DNA from: Octopus sinensis
Taxonomy: Eukaryota
Direction: 5' to 3'
DNA: 64,000 nt
Assembly: GCF_006345805.1 (NCBI RefSeq)
Contig: NC_043011.1
Span: forward strand, 4,340,001 to 4,404,000
The position numbers and the translations under genes are program-made. Of this stretch, positions 1 to 12,795 are shown piece by piece; position 1 is the first letter of the stretch, and each line of letters starts with the position of its first letter. The notes beneath the pieces were generated by a model. It did no database searches, was not told the DNA's origin, and worked only from the letters and a program-made list of their open reading frames with translations.

Positions 1-22
1 GGGTTGGTAATGAAAGGGTTAA
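1..22 (-). mobile_element. End of TTAA-flanked MITE, cut by window edge
   Basis: Reverse complement reads TTAA-CCCTTTCATTACCAACCC, the terminus of the element at 40213-40431. Confidence 0.6.
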
Positions 23-379
23 ACGAAGTTTAAGAATAACAGCAGAAAACAATGTTAGGTGTCTCCATAGTGTGAGTTGTTAAATTTATTGTAGTTTATT
101 TTGACAAGGACCTTGAAGTTTCACCTGACCGTTATTTAATCAGTGAATAAAGTTTCAGTTTTGAAGTTTATGTGGGGAAATAAAGAGGAAAACTGCAGTA
201 AAAGAAGCAAGGGTTTACGTAGAAGTTTACATTTGTTGAAAAGTTCTGTTATTTCACTGGTGTTTGAAATCTGATAAAATAGTTTGAATGTCAGGTAAAT
301 ATAAAGACTACCCACACCCCTTACACAATTAATGAGATAAGGTGAGATAGGAAAAGGTAAAGAAAGGGTATGTATTTAT

Positions 380-386
380 TTGTCTA

Positions 387-430
<44 letters not shown>

Positions 431-524
431 TCTTTCTGTGTGTCTATCTGTCTGTCTGTCCATTTATCTATCTGTGTCTGTCTGTCTGTCTATCTATCTG
501 TCTGTCTATCTATCTATTTGTCTG

Positions 525-563
<39 letters not shown>

Positions 564-584
564 GTCTGTCTATCTAACTATCTA

Positions 585-615
<31 letters not shown>

Positions 616-650
616 ATCTATCTATCTATCTATCTATATACATACATACA
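380..650. repeat. (TCTA/TCTG)n compound microsatellite
   Basis: Direct reading; explains ORFs 370-696. Confidence 0.95.
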
Positions 651-1114
651 TAATACTTCATTTAGTAACTATAGATGGGAAAATATATTAAAATAAATGA
701 AAATGAAAACATAAATATTTATTAATGAATTTAAAAAATAAATAGAAATGATTTGGTTGTGTCTTTGGAGGGTCATTCAAGTGTGAAAAAGAGAACTGGA
801 GATTGGTATTCAGGCAGCTAATTCAATTGACTGGTTCAACTGAAGTCCCAAAAGGTTTTAATCCTAGATAAGTGTCAAAGTGTGATGAAGTATAAAGGTA
901 GTTGTTTGTGTAGATGTGTGTGTGTGTGTGTGTGTATGTGTGTGTTTGTAAATATGTGTGGATGTGTATTGTTCACAAACATCACTGTATTGACCAGACT
1001 ATCAGATGATTTTATAAAATGCTGGTCACAATGAGCTTTCAGTTCTTTCTTCATTGCACCTTCTTCTTCCCCTCTTAGCAAAATTGTTCAATTCTTTTCA
1101 TCATCATGGATGCC

Positions 1115-1152
<38 letters not shown>

Positions 1153-1177
1153 ACTTTTTTTTTCTATTTTCTTGGAT

Positions 1178-1610
1178 AGGTGCAGGTGTGGCTGTGTGGT
1201 AAGATAGGTGCTCTGTCTTAAGATGCTTGCTTCCTAACCACATGGTTCCAGGTTCAGTTCCACTGCATAGCACATTATGCAAGTGTCTTCTACTATAACC
1301 TCATTCCAACCAAAGTGTCTTCTCCTATAGCCTCAGGCTGACCAAAGCCTCGTGAGTGGATTTGGTAGATATAAACTGAAAAACACCCTTCATATGTGTG
1401 TGTGTGTATGTCTTTGTGTCTATGTTTGTCCACCCATCACCGTTTGACAACCTGTGTTGGTGTGTTTATTTCCCCATAAAAGACTAATAGAACAAGTACT
1501 AGGCTTAAAAATTAAGTCCTGGAGTTGATTTGTTTGACTAAAATCCTTGAAAGCAGTGCTCCAACATGGCTGCAGTCAAATGCCTGAAACAAGTAAAAGA
1601 ATAAAAGAAT
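1178..1610 (+). mobile_element. tRNA-derived SINE family A, diverged copy
   Basis: A-box-like TGGCTGTGTGG, B-box-like GGTTCAGTTCC, internal TG microsatellite, 3' GAAACAAGTAAAAGA tail; homologous to the other family A copies. Confidence 0.85.
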
Positions 1611-2423
1611 GCTACTTAACAACTGCATGGTTTCACCTGTTGTCTGTGAACCTTACAACATGTCCAACCCCCACAAAGCATTTGGTAATTTGGTATTCTG
1701 CTATCATGCCATTCACTCTGCTCCGTTCTTGAATAACCAAACCCATCAATCAGTTGCAGACTATGCTGATAGAGCTGAACACTCATAGCTCAGCAGTATA
1801 CCTTGAAGTATACCATTTACAAGTACACCTTGTATTAAAAGCCTACAAAAGAATTTTTCCTAAAATTCTCAGAAAAATTCAAGTTTATGTACTAGTTCAA
1901 AAGAAAAAGTAACAAAGGAAATTCTTAAGTATTAACATAAATGTATTGAGACATCTATTATTGTTAAAATACTAATACTACTAAGTACTGACAAAAAGTG
2001 CAACTGGAATTGGAGTGAGATGCAAATGGGAAGAAAAGTTGCAGAAACTGAAAATAAACTTAACTGAATGACAGAATACTCGCTCACAGTAAATTCCTTA
2101 TAAAAGCTAATTGCAGTTCATATATCATGACATATACATATGCATGCACACTCACACACACACATACACTCACAGTCACACACATACATACACACATACA
2201 CACACATTCACACACATACAGATTCAAAGGAATTCAGTGAAACTTTAATTAAATTTCAATTATGGTAATCATAAAAGATTTGCCCCTAAACATATAATTG
2301 TGCATGGAACTTTGCTTTAAAGAAAATAGTTATAACTTGCTAGTTCAGCTGAGTGCTACATAAAATTCCAAGTGTAAAATTATATATACTTTGTATGAAT
2401 AAAAAGAATAAGGTGACAATGAA

Positions 2424-2487
<64 letters not shown>

Positions 2488-2781
2488 CATAAAGATATAA
2501 AGTAGCATTTTGGTAAAAATATAATTTTGACATGTGTGTGAAAGAATTTATGTGACTCATTTATAAAAGTGGAATAAAACTATGCAAAACAAGTCATGGC
2601 CAAATCTTGCATATATTTATGAATGAACCTCCACACAAGGGTTTTGTATGTATATGCATATCAAATAAAAATACAAAGGAAAAAAATGCAAATTCTAAGT
2701 TCAGAAATATAAATCAATACAAACAAGTATGTATATGTATGTGTGTATATGTATATGTATGTGTGTATATGTATATGTATG

Positions 2782-2824
<43 letters not shown>

Positions 2825-2921
2825 TATATATTTATATACAGAGAGAGAGAGAGTGAGAGGGGGAGGGAGAGAGAAATTCACATAATCTTATATCCATATA
2901 TGAATAAATACATATTCATAA

Positions 2922-3037
2922 ACGACTGACAGAAGAACACAAGTTTCGTTCTTTAGCTTACCACTGTTTCTGCTATAAGGAGCTGTGCCCCTATAGTTGA
3001 GTGCCAGTGCAAAATTTTATAGCTTCCTCAGAGTCGT
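2922..3037 (-). ncRNA. Type I hammerhead-ribozyme-like motif
   Basis: Minus strand: stem I ACGACT, core CTGAGGA, (a)GCTATAA..TTATAGC(a) stem II, GAAA, stem III CAG..CTG, GUC cleavage triplet, then AGTCGT closing stem I. Confidence 0.7.
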
Positions 3038-3156
3038 AATAATTATACTCTGTATTAATCTGGTGGTTCACATGCTGTGAAGTATAAGTATATTGAGTTC
3101 TAACTACTTGTTATATTTGTACCACTCTGGCTAAGCAGAATCAAGAAACATATACT

Positions 3157-3298
3157 CACATACATATGTACATACATACACACACATTCATACAACCATA
3201 CATACATACATACATACATACATACATACATTCATACATACATACATACATACATACATACATACATGCATACATGCATACATACATACATACATACA

Positions 3299-3330
<32 letters not shown>
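3157..3330. repeat. (TACA)n microsatellite
   Basis: Direct reading. Confidence 0.95.
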
Positions 3331-3331
<1 letters not shown>

Positions 3332-4142
3332 GAGGTGCATTCAAAACTATCCGACTTTATTTTTTCCTGCCAAAACTAATTCTGCTTGGGCAAAATTCTT
3401 TGGGTGAGAGGTGATGCCACCCTTTCTGCACATGTGTGAAAATTTTCACACCCGTAGGCTGTGTCAGTTCCCAGCTGTTCCATCTAGAGTAATCATAGTT
3501 TTAAAATATGGACAGAGCAAATCTGCAACCTGTTTATAGTTTCAGATGGAAAGCTGTGTGATCTAAGGGATAGTTAGCTGTTGTTTCTAGCTCATCCCCT
3601 GACCACCTGGTACTTTCCTAGTTTCTTTGTCACTATCACGTGTATTGATGTTCTTCGATATTTTTCTTCTGATAAACACATTTTATGGAATGATGATGCA
3701 GTGGTCCATTGTTGGGATTTAAACAACAACAAGAACTTTGTCATATAAATCTTTAACCAACATTTTGCATATAGTCACAGAAGCCAATTTCGCTTGCACC
3801 TGACCTTGTTTCAGGTACGCAGTATTAACAAACCACAAAGATGAAGAAGCATTAATGTCTATTGTTACTGTAACTGGACTTGATGCAAGTTATCTTGCTT
3901 GTCTATGGCTTCTAGACATTTTAACACCAGGCGAATTCATAAGAATATATTCTCTTATGCTTACAATCACAGCCTGCCCATGAACTGACAAAACACATAC
4001 CTTGTGTGTGGGTGTGTGTGTTCAATATTGTTTATATGCCTCAGGCTGCTTCTCATTCATATTTGTACTTTATACATATATATATATGTGTGTGTGTGTA
4101 TATATATACACACACATATAACACATCTGTGCATATGCATAT

Positions 4143-4608
4143 ATCATCATCATCATTTAACGTCCACTTTCCATGGGTTGGACGATTTGACTGAGGTCTG
4201 GCGAACCAGACTCCAATCTGATCTGGCAGAGTTTCTACAGCAGGATGCCCTTCCTAATGCCAACCACTCCGAGAGTGTAGTAGGTGCTTTTACGTGCCAC
4301 CGGCACGAGGGCCAGTTTGGTGGTACTGGCAACGGCCACGCCCAAATGGTGCTTTTTACATGCCACCTGCACTGGAGCCAGTCCAGCGGCACTAGCGACA
4401 ACCTCGCTTGAATGTTTCACGTGCCACCAGCACAAGTGCTAGTAAGGCAACGCGGTAACGACCATGCTTGAATGGTGTGCTTAACGTGCCATCGGCATGA
4501 AGGCCAGCTTGTTGCTCTGGCAATGATCTCACTTGTATGGTACTCTTAGCGCTCCACTAGCAACGAATGCCAGTCACCGAGTTTGATTTTGACTTCGATT
4601 TTGATTTC
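4143..4608 (-). mobile_element. 3' end/UTR of RTE-type LINE
   Basis: (ATC)n tail, GGATGCCCTTCCTAATGCCAACCACTC motif and repeated GTGCTTTTACGTGCCAC blocks shared with the 3' ends of the RTE copies at 31860 and 57510. Confidence 0.75.
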
Positions 4609-4974
4609 ATATACATACATATATATACATGCATATGATGAACTCTTCCGTCATAGACAATGTGTGAGCGTTCAGCTTGCCAGTGATCAAATGTTTGTGC
4701 TGCAGACCTTATTTGAACAGGTGTACTGTGTACCAGGTGTCAGGTGTCAAAGTGATTGGAGAGCAACTTCAGATGTAGTGTTTTACTCAAGAACACATCA
4801 TACCACTTGGCCTACGAATTGAAACCATGATATCTTGATCATGAGTACAACATCCTAACCAGTAGGCCAAGCACCCTCATACATATCTACATACATATAT
4901 ATATATATACATACACACACAAACATGCACATACATCTATACACACAGAGAAACATGCAAACACATATATATGA

Positions 4975-5320
4975 TCATCCTCATCATTTAATGTCTATTT
5001 TCCACGCTGGTATGATTTAGATGGTTTGAATGGAGGTGGTAAGCCAGAGAACTGCTCCCAGCTCCAATCTGTTTTGGTTTAGTTTCTATGGCTTGATGTC
5101 TTTCCTAATGCCAACCATTCCATAGAATGTACTGGGTGCCTTTTACATGTCACCAGCATCAGTGTCTTTGGCATGTTACCGGCACAGGCCTTTTAATGTG
5201 TCACCAGCACAGGTGCCATTCATGCATTCTCAGCACCGGTCACAACCACATTTTCACTTAGCTTGATATGTCTTCTCAAGCATAGCAATTCACCAGAAGT
5301 CCTGGTCACTTGTCATCGCT
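4975..5320 (-). mobile_element. Diverged RTE-type LINE 3' end
   Basis: Same motifs as 4143-4608, more degenerate. Confidence 0.6.
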
Positions 5321-5324
5321 ACTG

Positions 5325-5630
5325 TAGAGCTTGACAAGGATGTCCTGCAAACCCTGGTAGAACAAAATCCCTTCGTAACTATTGGGTAACTAGCAGAGAA
5401 GCTTGGATCTCATCATTCAACCATTCATCGACACCTGTGTGCCATCAGAAAAGACAACAAATTGGGTCAATGGTCTCCTCACAAATTTTCCGAGTCTAAT
5501 CGTGCACAGAGAGTGAATGTGTGCTCTTCTTTGCTGTCACGTCTCATCAATGAACCTTTTTTGGATGGAATAGTGACTAGTGTCGAGAAATGGGTTCTTT
5601 ACGAAAATGCCAAGTGCTGAAGACAGTGGG
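5325..5630 (+). mobile_element. Mariner transposase fragment (degenerate)
   Basis: Translates LDKDVLQTLVEQNP..LAEKLG..HSTIHRHL..LGQWSPHKF..FLDGIVTSVEKWVLYEN, i.e. mariner HTH, WVPHEL-like and FL.RIVTGDEKW motifs, with stops. Confidence 0.85.
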
Positions 5631-5786
5631 TAGGGAAGATAGCAGGTTTACCTGTTTACTGCTGAGAGGTCAGGCGCAATGTGAAATAATGTGTTTTGAT
5701 GAAGAAAACAATGCATCAACGGTCTGGGAATTGAAACTACAATCTTGCAATCATGAATACAACATCTTAACCTCTAGGCCATGTGG

Positions 5787-5817
<31 letters not shown>

Positions 5818-5870
5818 CTTATAAATCATATTTTCATATATAGCTTTATCCACATATATCCATTTGTGTC

Positions 5871-5938
<68 letters not shown>

Positions 5939-5947
5939 TAGATAGAT

Positions 5948-5986
<39 letters not shown>

Positions 5987-5992
5987 CAGATG

Positions 5993-6030
<38 letters not shown>

Positions 6031-6046
6031 TAGACAGACAGAGAGA
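5871..6046. repeat. (GATA/GACA)n microsatellite
   Basis: Direct reading. Confidence 0.95.
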
Positions 6047-6049
6047 TAT

Positions 6050-6410
6050 GTTTCTATATTAGCCACACAGGGCTGCACACAGACAGGACGAAATTACAAG
6101 GTAGAGCTTTTCTTTTGGGGGTAAAAGAAGGGGGTTTGGTTTTCGATCAAAAGGGATCGTAAATGGAAAGAGGACAAAAAAGGGGGGGATGGAATAAAAT
6201 TTAATAAAGGGGGGGGGGAATTTGATCAATAGGGATCGTTATCACAGAAATGTCAATATGAAGTGTAAAGGGGAGGACAGGTGAAGTTTACCCATGGAAA
6301 GAAAAGCCTACGGAAAAGACCATGGTAACCTCAGTCAATGAAGTCACATGTTATAATTCTTTTTTTTTTTTTTTTGCAAATAAGCAACTCTCTGTATCAA
6401 TTTTTATGGT
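6050..6410 (-). mobile_element. Putative LINE 3' UTR fragment sharing its terminus with SINE family B
   Basis: 6051-6089 is 30/39 identical (ungapped, by hand) to the 3' end of the family B SINE at 16596-16634; no ORF recognised. Confidence 0.4.
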
Positions 6411-7199
6411 TCATAGAATCATAGTCAAAGATAGATAGATGGATGGATAATAGATAGATAGATAGATAGATATAATTGTACACATACATATGTACTTACA
6501 TATGGACAGACATACAGACAAACATACGTAGATATCTACATGTGCGCATACAGCCATGCCATGCAGGCATAGACATGCATACATATAAAAAAAACTCACA
6601 AATGTAAATATAAACCTATTATTATTAAATTTCTTTAAGTATTTTATTTTCACTTGATATTATTATTCCTCCATCAATGAACTTCAACCAACATACTACT
6701 TTCCTTATTATCCTTGATTTTCACTCCACCAACCCACCCCAGCCATTTACTCTTCTGAATGTCTTTTTTTTTTGTATTTTTTGTAATTTATTTTATTCTC
6801 TCTCTTGCTCCTTCTGTCTGTCTCTCTCTCTCTCTCTCTCACAATACAACTGTCTATACATATCTTCAGAAAGTTGCCTTCCAAGAACTGTCAATGATAA
6901 TTACTATAGAAATAATGTTAAGAGTAACAGCAGTAACAACAATAACAGACAACAATAGCAAAAACAACAACAGCAACAATAAGGATTTCTTTTGTTTGCT
7001 ATAAGAGTGAGTAATAAAGGGGGGAGGCTGGGGGGGTTTACATCCAATCAGTTATGAAAAGAAAACAGGTGGTGGAAACAGAAAAAGGTATGGAATGTGT
7101 CAGTAAGAGTAAGCAACATTGGGCCAGCCAAAGTCCCTTGGGTTTATGATTACCCTCACTACCCAAAATCTAAGAGAACTTTGGCAGTTGTGCTCTTGG

Positions 7200-7320
7200 C
7201 CTCTTTCTCTCTCTCCCTCTCTTTCCCTCCCTCTCTCTCTCCCTCTTTCTCCCTCCCCCTCTCTCTCCTTCTCTCTCTCTCCCTCTCCCCCACCTCTCTC
7301 TCATTCATTCATTCATTCAT
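7200..7320. repeat. CT-rich low-complexity tract
   Basis: Direct reading. Confidence 0.9.
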
Positions 7321-8212
7321 GCACTTATCATTTCAGTCACTTTTTCCACCATCATGCTCTTGCAACCTTGACCCACTCATCTTAATCTTCTGTCATTGCT
7401 TTCTCTTTTATTTACCTTAGAAATCTTAACTTTCAGTGACTAAATACATCATAGAGTAGTGAGAACTCACTAATCTAATGGGATACAAGGTAACCTAATA
7501 GAGCTGGTGCCACAATAAAATGCACCCAGTAAACTTTACAAAGTTGTTCATGAAAATGTGGAGCCGATGGTGGTTGTCTTGTTGAAAATGTGACAGCCTC
7601 TCTAGTACTGGTGATTGATTAAATGCACCCAGTACCTTCTGTAAAGTGGTTGGTGGAAGGGCATCCAGCCATAGAAATCAAATCAAAAAGAAAATGTATA
7701 ATGGTAAACCAACCTATCTTAGACAGTAGTAACTCCCAATAAGCACTGGCTTGGACTATGGTGACCCATCCACCTTATGCAAGCTTTGAAAAAGTCATAG
7801 AATAATAATGAAGATTATGTATATAAATCCACATATTTATTTATTCCTGATTTTTGGTATCCACCAAAAACTATCGTCTAGTAAGGAAACAGATGTACAG
7901 ACGGAGATTCAGTATTCTCTCCCCATCTTTACCCAGCCACCATCTTTTCCCCTGTCTTTCCCTTGATGTTGCTGAGCCACTTTGGCTGTGGTCTTTCCAT
8001 TATTCTTTTACCAAGAGTCTCTTCATGTAGGACCATATTCACAAGAGGCAGGATGTCATGGATGTCATATGATGTTGCATGACCAATGCAGTTCATTTCT
8101 CACCTACTTTACTAATGAAGAACAATCTAATGACATAATATCTTGGAAAAGTGGAAGTAGGTTAACGAAGGGATGAAAATGAATGATATAAAAGATCTTT
8201 ATTTATTCTACT

Positions 8213-8705
8213 GAGTTAAGTTAATTTAAGTTAAGTTAATTTGGCTCAAAATGCAAAAAGCAAGACCATGTAGGGGGACATGGAGTTATGTACAGGGTGG
8301 TGTTCATGCAAAAAGTTCAGGCCATTTCTGGTCAAGAGAGACCTTGAACCGAGCGGCCGTCGGCATCTTCACTATCTCGTCCGGCAGCTTATTCCACAGA
8401 TCCGCAACCCGGACGGAGAAAGCCCCTCTCCTTTGATTGAGATGAAATCGTCACAGATAGAGCTTTCCGGCGTGACCCCGCAGCCGACGCTCTGGAGCAG
8501 GAGTGAAGAACAGCTCTTTCGAGAGGTTACACTTTCCTCTTATGATGTTGTGAGCAAGAATGAGATCACCACGGCGGCGGCGTTTTTCTAGAGAATAAAG
8601 GTCGAGCGTCTTCAGCCTTTCTTCATAAGACAAATGCTTCAGACCAAGAACCATGCGGGTAGCCAGCTTCTGGACTCTTTCGAGATGCTGTATGTCTTTG
8701 AGGAG
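8213..8705 (-). mobile_element. CR1-clade LINE, 5'-truncated (ORF2 C-terminus + tail)
   Basis: LERVQKLATRMVLGLKHLSYEERLKTLDLYSLEKRRRRGDLI...RLRGH..KL...FSVRVADLWNKLP; short TTAAC-type tandem tail at 8213-8240. Confidence 0.88.
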
Positions 8706-9228
8706 TGTGGCAGGCACAGCTTGTTGTTCTGTGGATTCTATGTGTACAGTCAAACACTGTGCGTATTTCTCAGCACCATTTCAGAATAGGTACACCATGT
8801 CCTTACATGTTGTATGAAAGGACTAAAAGTTTGAAACCTGTTCCTGCATAGAAAAAAGCAAATGTACTATGATGATGATGATGGTGATAACAACAACGAT
8901 GGCAGGGGTAGTGATGTAACTAGTGTTCAAGGAATTCTGCTGCCATTCCAATGATATTTGAAGGAAGAATCCTTGACTGGGTTTGTTTGTACAAACATCA
9001 TGCGTACTTTATGCAGGTGGCCGTTGATAAATTTCACTTTTACCATTTGGTACACTTACGTTTGGAATGTGCATATCTGATGAGTTTTGTGTTTCACCCA
9101 CCCTTAACAAATTGTGAAGGAAAAGTGATACAGGTTTAGGGTGCTTGTCAACATGTTTAATATTTAGAATCGGGGCTGTTGCTCCTTGGCTACGGAGGAA
9201 GGAGGAATCTTGTAGCAGTTTTGTTTAA

Positions 9229-9428
9229 CCTTTTTATTACCAATCCGGCTGAAACCGGCTCTGGCTCTGTCATAAGTTTTGAATTAAAATCTTCCACCAA
9301 ACCTTAGTCACAATTTATATTCCAAATACTAGCTGAATGATAACCAAGTTATTTTACTAAATGCTTTGTTATATTTAATGTAATTGAAAGAAACAAAGCT
9401 TCTCAAAATAAATACAGTAATGAAAGGG
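9229..9428 (+). mobile_element. TTAA-flanked MITE (piggyBac-type)
   Basis: TTAA at 9225-9228 and 9429-9432; termini CCTTTTTATTAC / GTAATGAAAGGG; homologous to 40213-40431. Confidence 0.8.
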
Positions 9429-9807
9429 TTAATGAAGAGAACTGCTGTTATTGCGTATTCACGATCATCATCATCACTTTCACCGCTACCATTACCATCA
9501 CAATCATTACATCCACCACCACTATCATTTCTATTTCTAAGAGGAGGAATGACCCTGCAGAGGGTCTATCAGTGACTCCTACATGATTATGATGATGATG
9601 ATGACGGCAGTGGTGGCATTGGTGATGGTAGCAGTATTTATGCTAACCACCACTATGACAGCGAGCACTTTGTTGATGACTACCAAACCTATAACAAAAA
9701 CTTCTCCGACAGGGATGACTTCTGTGATGACAATTTAAAAAATTTTTTCATTTATTTTTCATTTAGCATATTTTCATGATTTTTTCTGTTTTCTCATTTC
9801 ATCTTAG

Positions 9808-9936
9808 ATTGAAATCCGTTTTCAAAATCAAACAGTGTTTACGTCCCATTTCTATGAAAAAACACTCAGAAAAGAAGATGATTCATCAAAACTTGTGCCA
9901 CCTTACAATTCCTTTGCACCCAGTGGCATTGCTGAG
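9808..9936 (+). CDS. FOLH1-like: Internal exon of glutamate carboxypeptidase II / NAALADase-like gene (peptidase M28B)
   Basis: Polypyrimidine tract + AG (9806-9807) and GTAAAT donor (9937); 129 nt, phase 0-0. Translates IEIRFQNQTVFTSHFYEKTLRKEDDSSKLVPPYNSFAPSGIAE, matching GCPII '..IVPPFSAFSPQGMPE'. Paralogue identity (FOLH1/NAALAD2/NAALADL1) cannot be resolved here. Confidence 0.88.
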
Positions 9937-11377
9937 GTAAATATCTTTCTTTTTCTTCTTCTTCTTTACTATGCCAACATCTGAAATACATTACTATATG
10001 TGTTTTATTATGCACCACTAACTTAATTCTCATGTTCCAACATACCCAACCACTTAATAGTTAGGTGCCATGGTGTTAATCACGTTTGTTTGCTTCATTT
10101 ATTTTTGAAATTTCCACTAGGTGCTGCAATGTTTATTATGGCTGTTTGTTTCACTAATTCTTTGACATTCCATTATGGTATCTCAAAGACTAATGAAGCT
10201 TGTAAGTCCACATTATTTTTATCAATGATTACTAAGCAAGAATAAAATATTATTTCTTATATGATTTTATAAAATTTAGCTTCTTTTTTTTCCTAAAAAA
10301 AAAATGTAATTTGGTTATATGCTAAGTGAGCTATAGATCATATAAAAGACAAAATCATTGAGAAGGAAATTGAATTGCAATACAAATATGCCTATATGTA
10401 AAAAAAAAAAACAGTGTCAGTTGCACACACAAACAAAAAAATGTTATAGAAATAGATTCAGACAAGCAATTATAAAACATCAGAGTTTCTTTCACATAGT
10501 GAAGCCTATAATAGAAAAGCAAAGTAGATTCAGATTATCATCATCATCATCAACATCAACATCATAGTTAGGTAACCCCTGTTGAAACAAGCTTTACAAC
10601 TCCTCCTTGGTCCCTGGAGCTATTGACTCTGCACTATCACACCTGTATTTCATTCCCAAATTTCTGATGTTGATACCTGTACAAGAGAACTTGTAACCCT
10701 TTTTCCACAACTTGGCTGAGCTCATCTCTTTCTCTGAAGCCCTTTCTAGGAAATTGTACTCTGCATTACCTCACTGCTTGTGAAGTTCTAATACCAGCCA
10801 CTTATATTGTTTCACCAGTTGCTGTGGCCATGCTGGGGCATTACTATAATATAGAAAGAAACTTCCTTTTATTAACTTTTAATATTGGGGAAGATATTAC
10901 TTTTGGCTTATGTCACAGAATTGCAGACCAGTAAACCATGACACTCTCTACCTGTTTTAATTTTAATGTTATGAATTTAGCATAGACTGGTAAAAATTAG
11001 TTGAGTGTTGGCCAAAATTTCTAGTGCTGTTTAGTTGTATACTCCTATGCTCTGTGTTTGTATCCCACCAACATCTGAGTTATTTTCCATCACTAAGTAC
11101 CAGTCAAATCCTAAAGTCATTACAATCAGCCAAATTCTTATCCCACTAAAGTATAGGGCATTGTGAGGGTTAAGAATCACCATTATTCCTTTAGAAGGGT
11201 TGTCAATTAGAATTTCACTAGAGTAATAAACAAAATGCCATTCAATATTTAGTTACACCTAAGGGGCCACTTAGCTTAATGATACATAGCATTCAGCCAG
11301 TATCTGAGAGGTACAAGGTTCAATTCTCCATAGACACTTGCTGGCCACTTTTTTAAAAGGCTGCAAGCTGGCAGAAT

Positions 11378-11590
11378 CATTAGTACAGTGGGTAAGGTGC
11401 TTAGCGCAATTTGTCCATCTTTACATTCTGAGTTCAAATTCCACTGAAGTCAACTTTGCCTTTCATCCTTTTGTGGTCATTAGAATAAGTACTAGTTGAT
11501 CGCTGGGGTTGATGTAATAGTCTTACCTCCCACCACCAGCACCACATCGAAACTACTGGATTTGAACCAAAATTTGAAACCAGTATTTAG
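11378..11590 (+). mobile_element. SINE family B, diverged
   Basis: GCTGGCAGAATCATTAG..CTGAGTTCAAATTCC..ACTTTGCCTTTCATCCTT motifs. Confidence 0.7.
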
Positions 11591-12376
11591 TTACGCCACT
11601 TCATGCTCTCCTTCCAAATTCCACTGGCCAAGATCAGTTTTGTCTCGCATCCTGGCTTTTAGAATAGATACCCTGTATCTTTGAGTGATGTATGAGGTGA
11701 CTAAAACGGTGGCATCAGGAAGGCTTTTCAGCTGTAAAAACATTGTCCTGAAAAATGGACCTGAAGGTGATAGTATAATGATGATACAGCTTAGTTGCAC
11801 ATAAATGAGTATCGATAAAATGTAAGCTCAATATAATCAACTGTGTGTGGTCTTGTACCAAAATTTAAAAATCAGTATTCTAATTCCGAGCTGTGCTGAT
11901 AATGTTGGCCCAGTCAGTTCATTGGAAAATTCATCAGGAAGCATCTAGTTTTGTTCCGCTGCATTTTGAGTTCAAATCCTGCAAGGAATCAGCTTTGTCT
12001 TTCATCCCTCATAAATTTATGTAATGTGCTTGCAATGTGCTATGGTTGATCCAATCAATTACAGCCCTCTTGTAATATTATTGATTTCTCATATTAGCTC
12101 TGAACCGATATGAGGAATTTTAGTATGGTTAGATTGGGCAGTTAATAATATCTCTCATTTATTTTTATTTTAGTTATTTATTTTGTGTTGCATTCGGTGA
12201 ACAAAAGCATTATTAGTTACAGGTTTCCAGCAAACCAATCACCGGTTCAATGCATTTCTGATAATTAGAGTGACGAGGGATTGTCCGACTCGGCAGAACA
12301 ACTACCACGCAGAACATTTCTATTCGAAAGTACCAGTTTTCTGGTTTTTATACCAGTGTTCACTTTCTTTGCCAAC

Positions 12377-12795
12377 AGGCGCAGGAGTGGCTGTGTGGTA
12401 CATAGCTTGTTTACCAACCACATGGTTCTGGGTTCAGTCCCACTGCGTGGCACCTTGGGCATGTGTCTTCTACTATAGCCTCGGGCCGACCAATGCCTTG
12501 TGAGTGGATTTGGTAGACGGAAACTGAAAGAAGCCCGTCGTATATATGTGTATATATATATGTATGCGTGTGTGTGTGTTTGTGTGTCTGTGTTTGTCCC
12601 CCTAGCATTGCTTGACAACCGATGCTGGTGTGTTTACGTCCCCGTTACTTAGCGGTTCAGCAAAAGAGACCAATAGAATAAGTACTGGGTTTACAAAAGA
12701 ATAAGTCCCGGGGTCGAGTTGCTCGATCAAAGGCGGTGCTCCAGCATGACCACAGTCAAATGACTGAAACAAGTAAAAGAGAAAGAGAGAGAGAG
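12377..12795 (+). mobile_element. SINE family A, full length
   Basis: tRNA-like head with A/B boxes, CORE-like CCTTGGGCA.GTGTC block, internal (TA)(TG) tract, AAAAGAG tail. Confidence 0.92.

Noticed and set aside
875-1115. Minus-strand ORF with protein-like composition
   Set aside because: There is an in-frame stop upstream and no recognisable family or splice sites; possibly a TE relic but unsupported.
8940-9220. Possible Penelope RT-thumb relic on the minus strand
   Set aside because: Similarity is too weak to support by eye.
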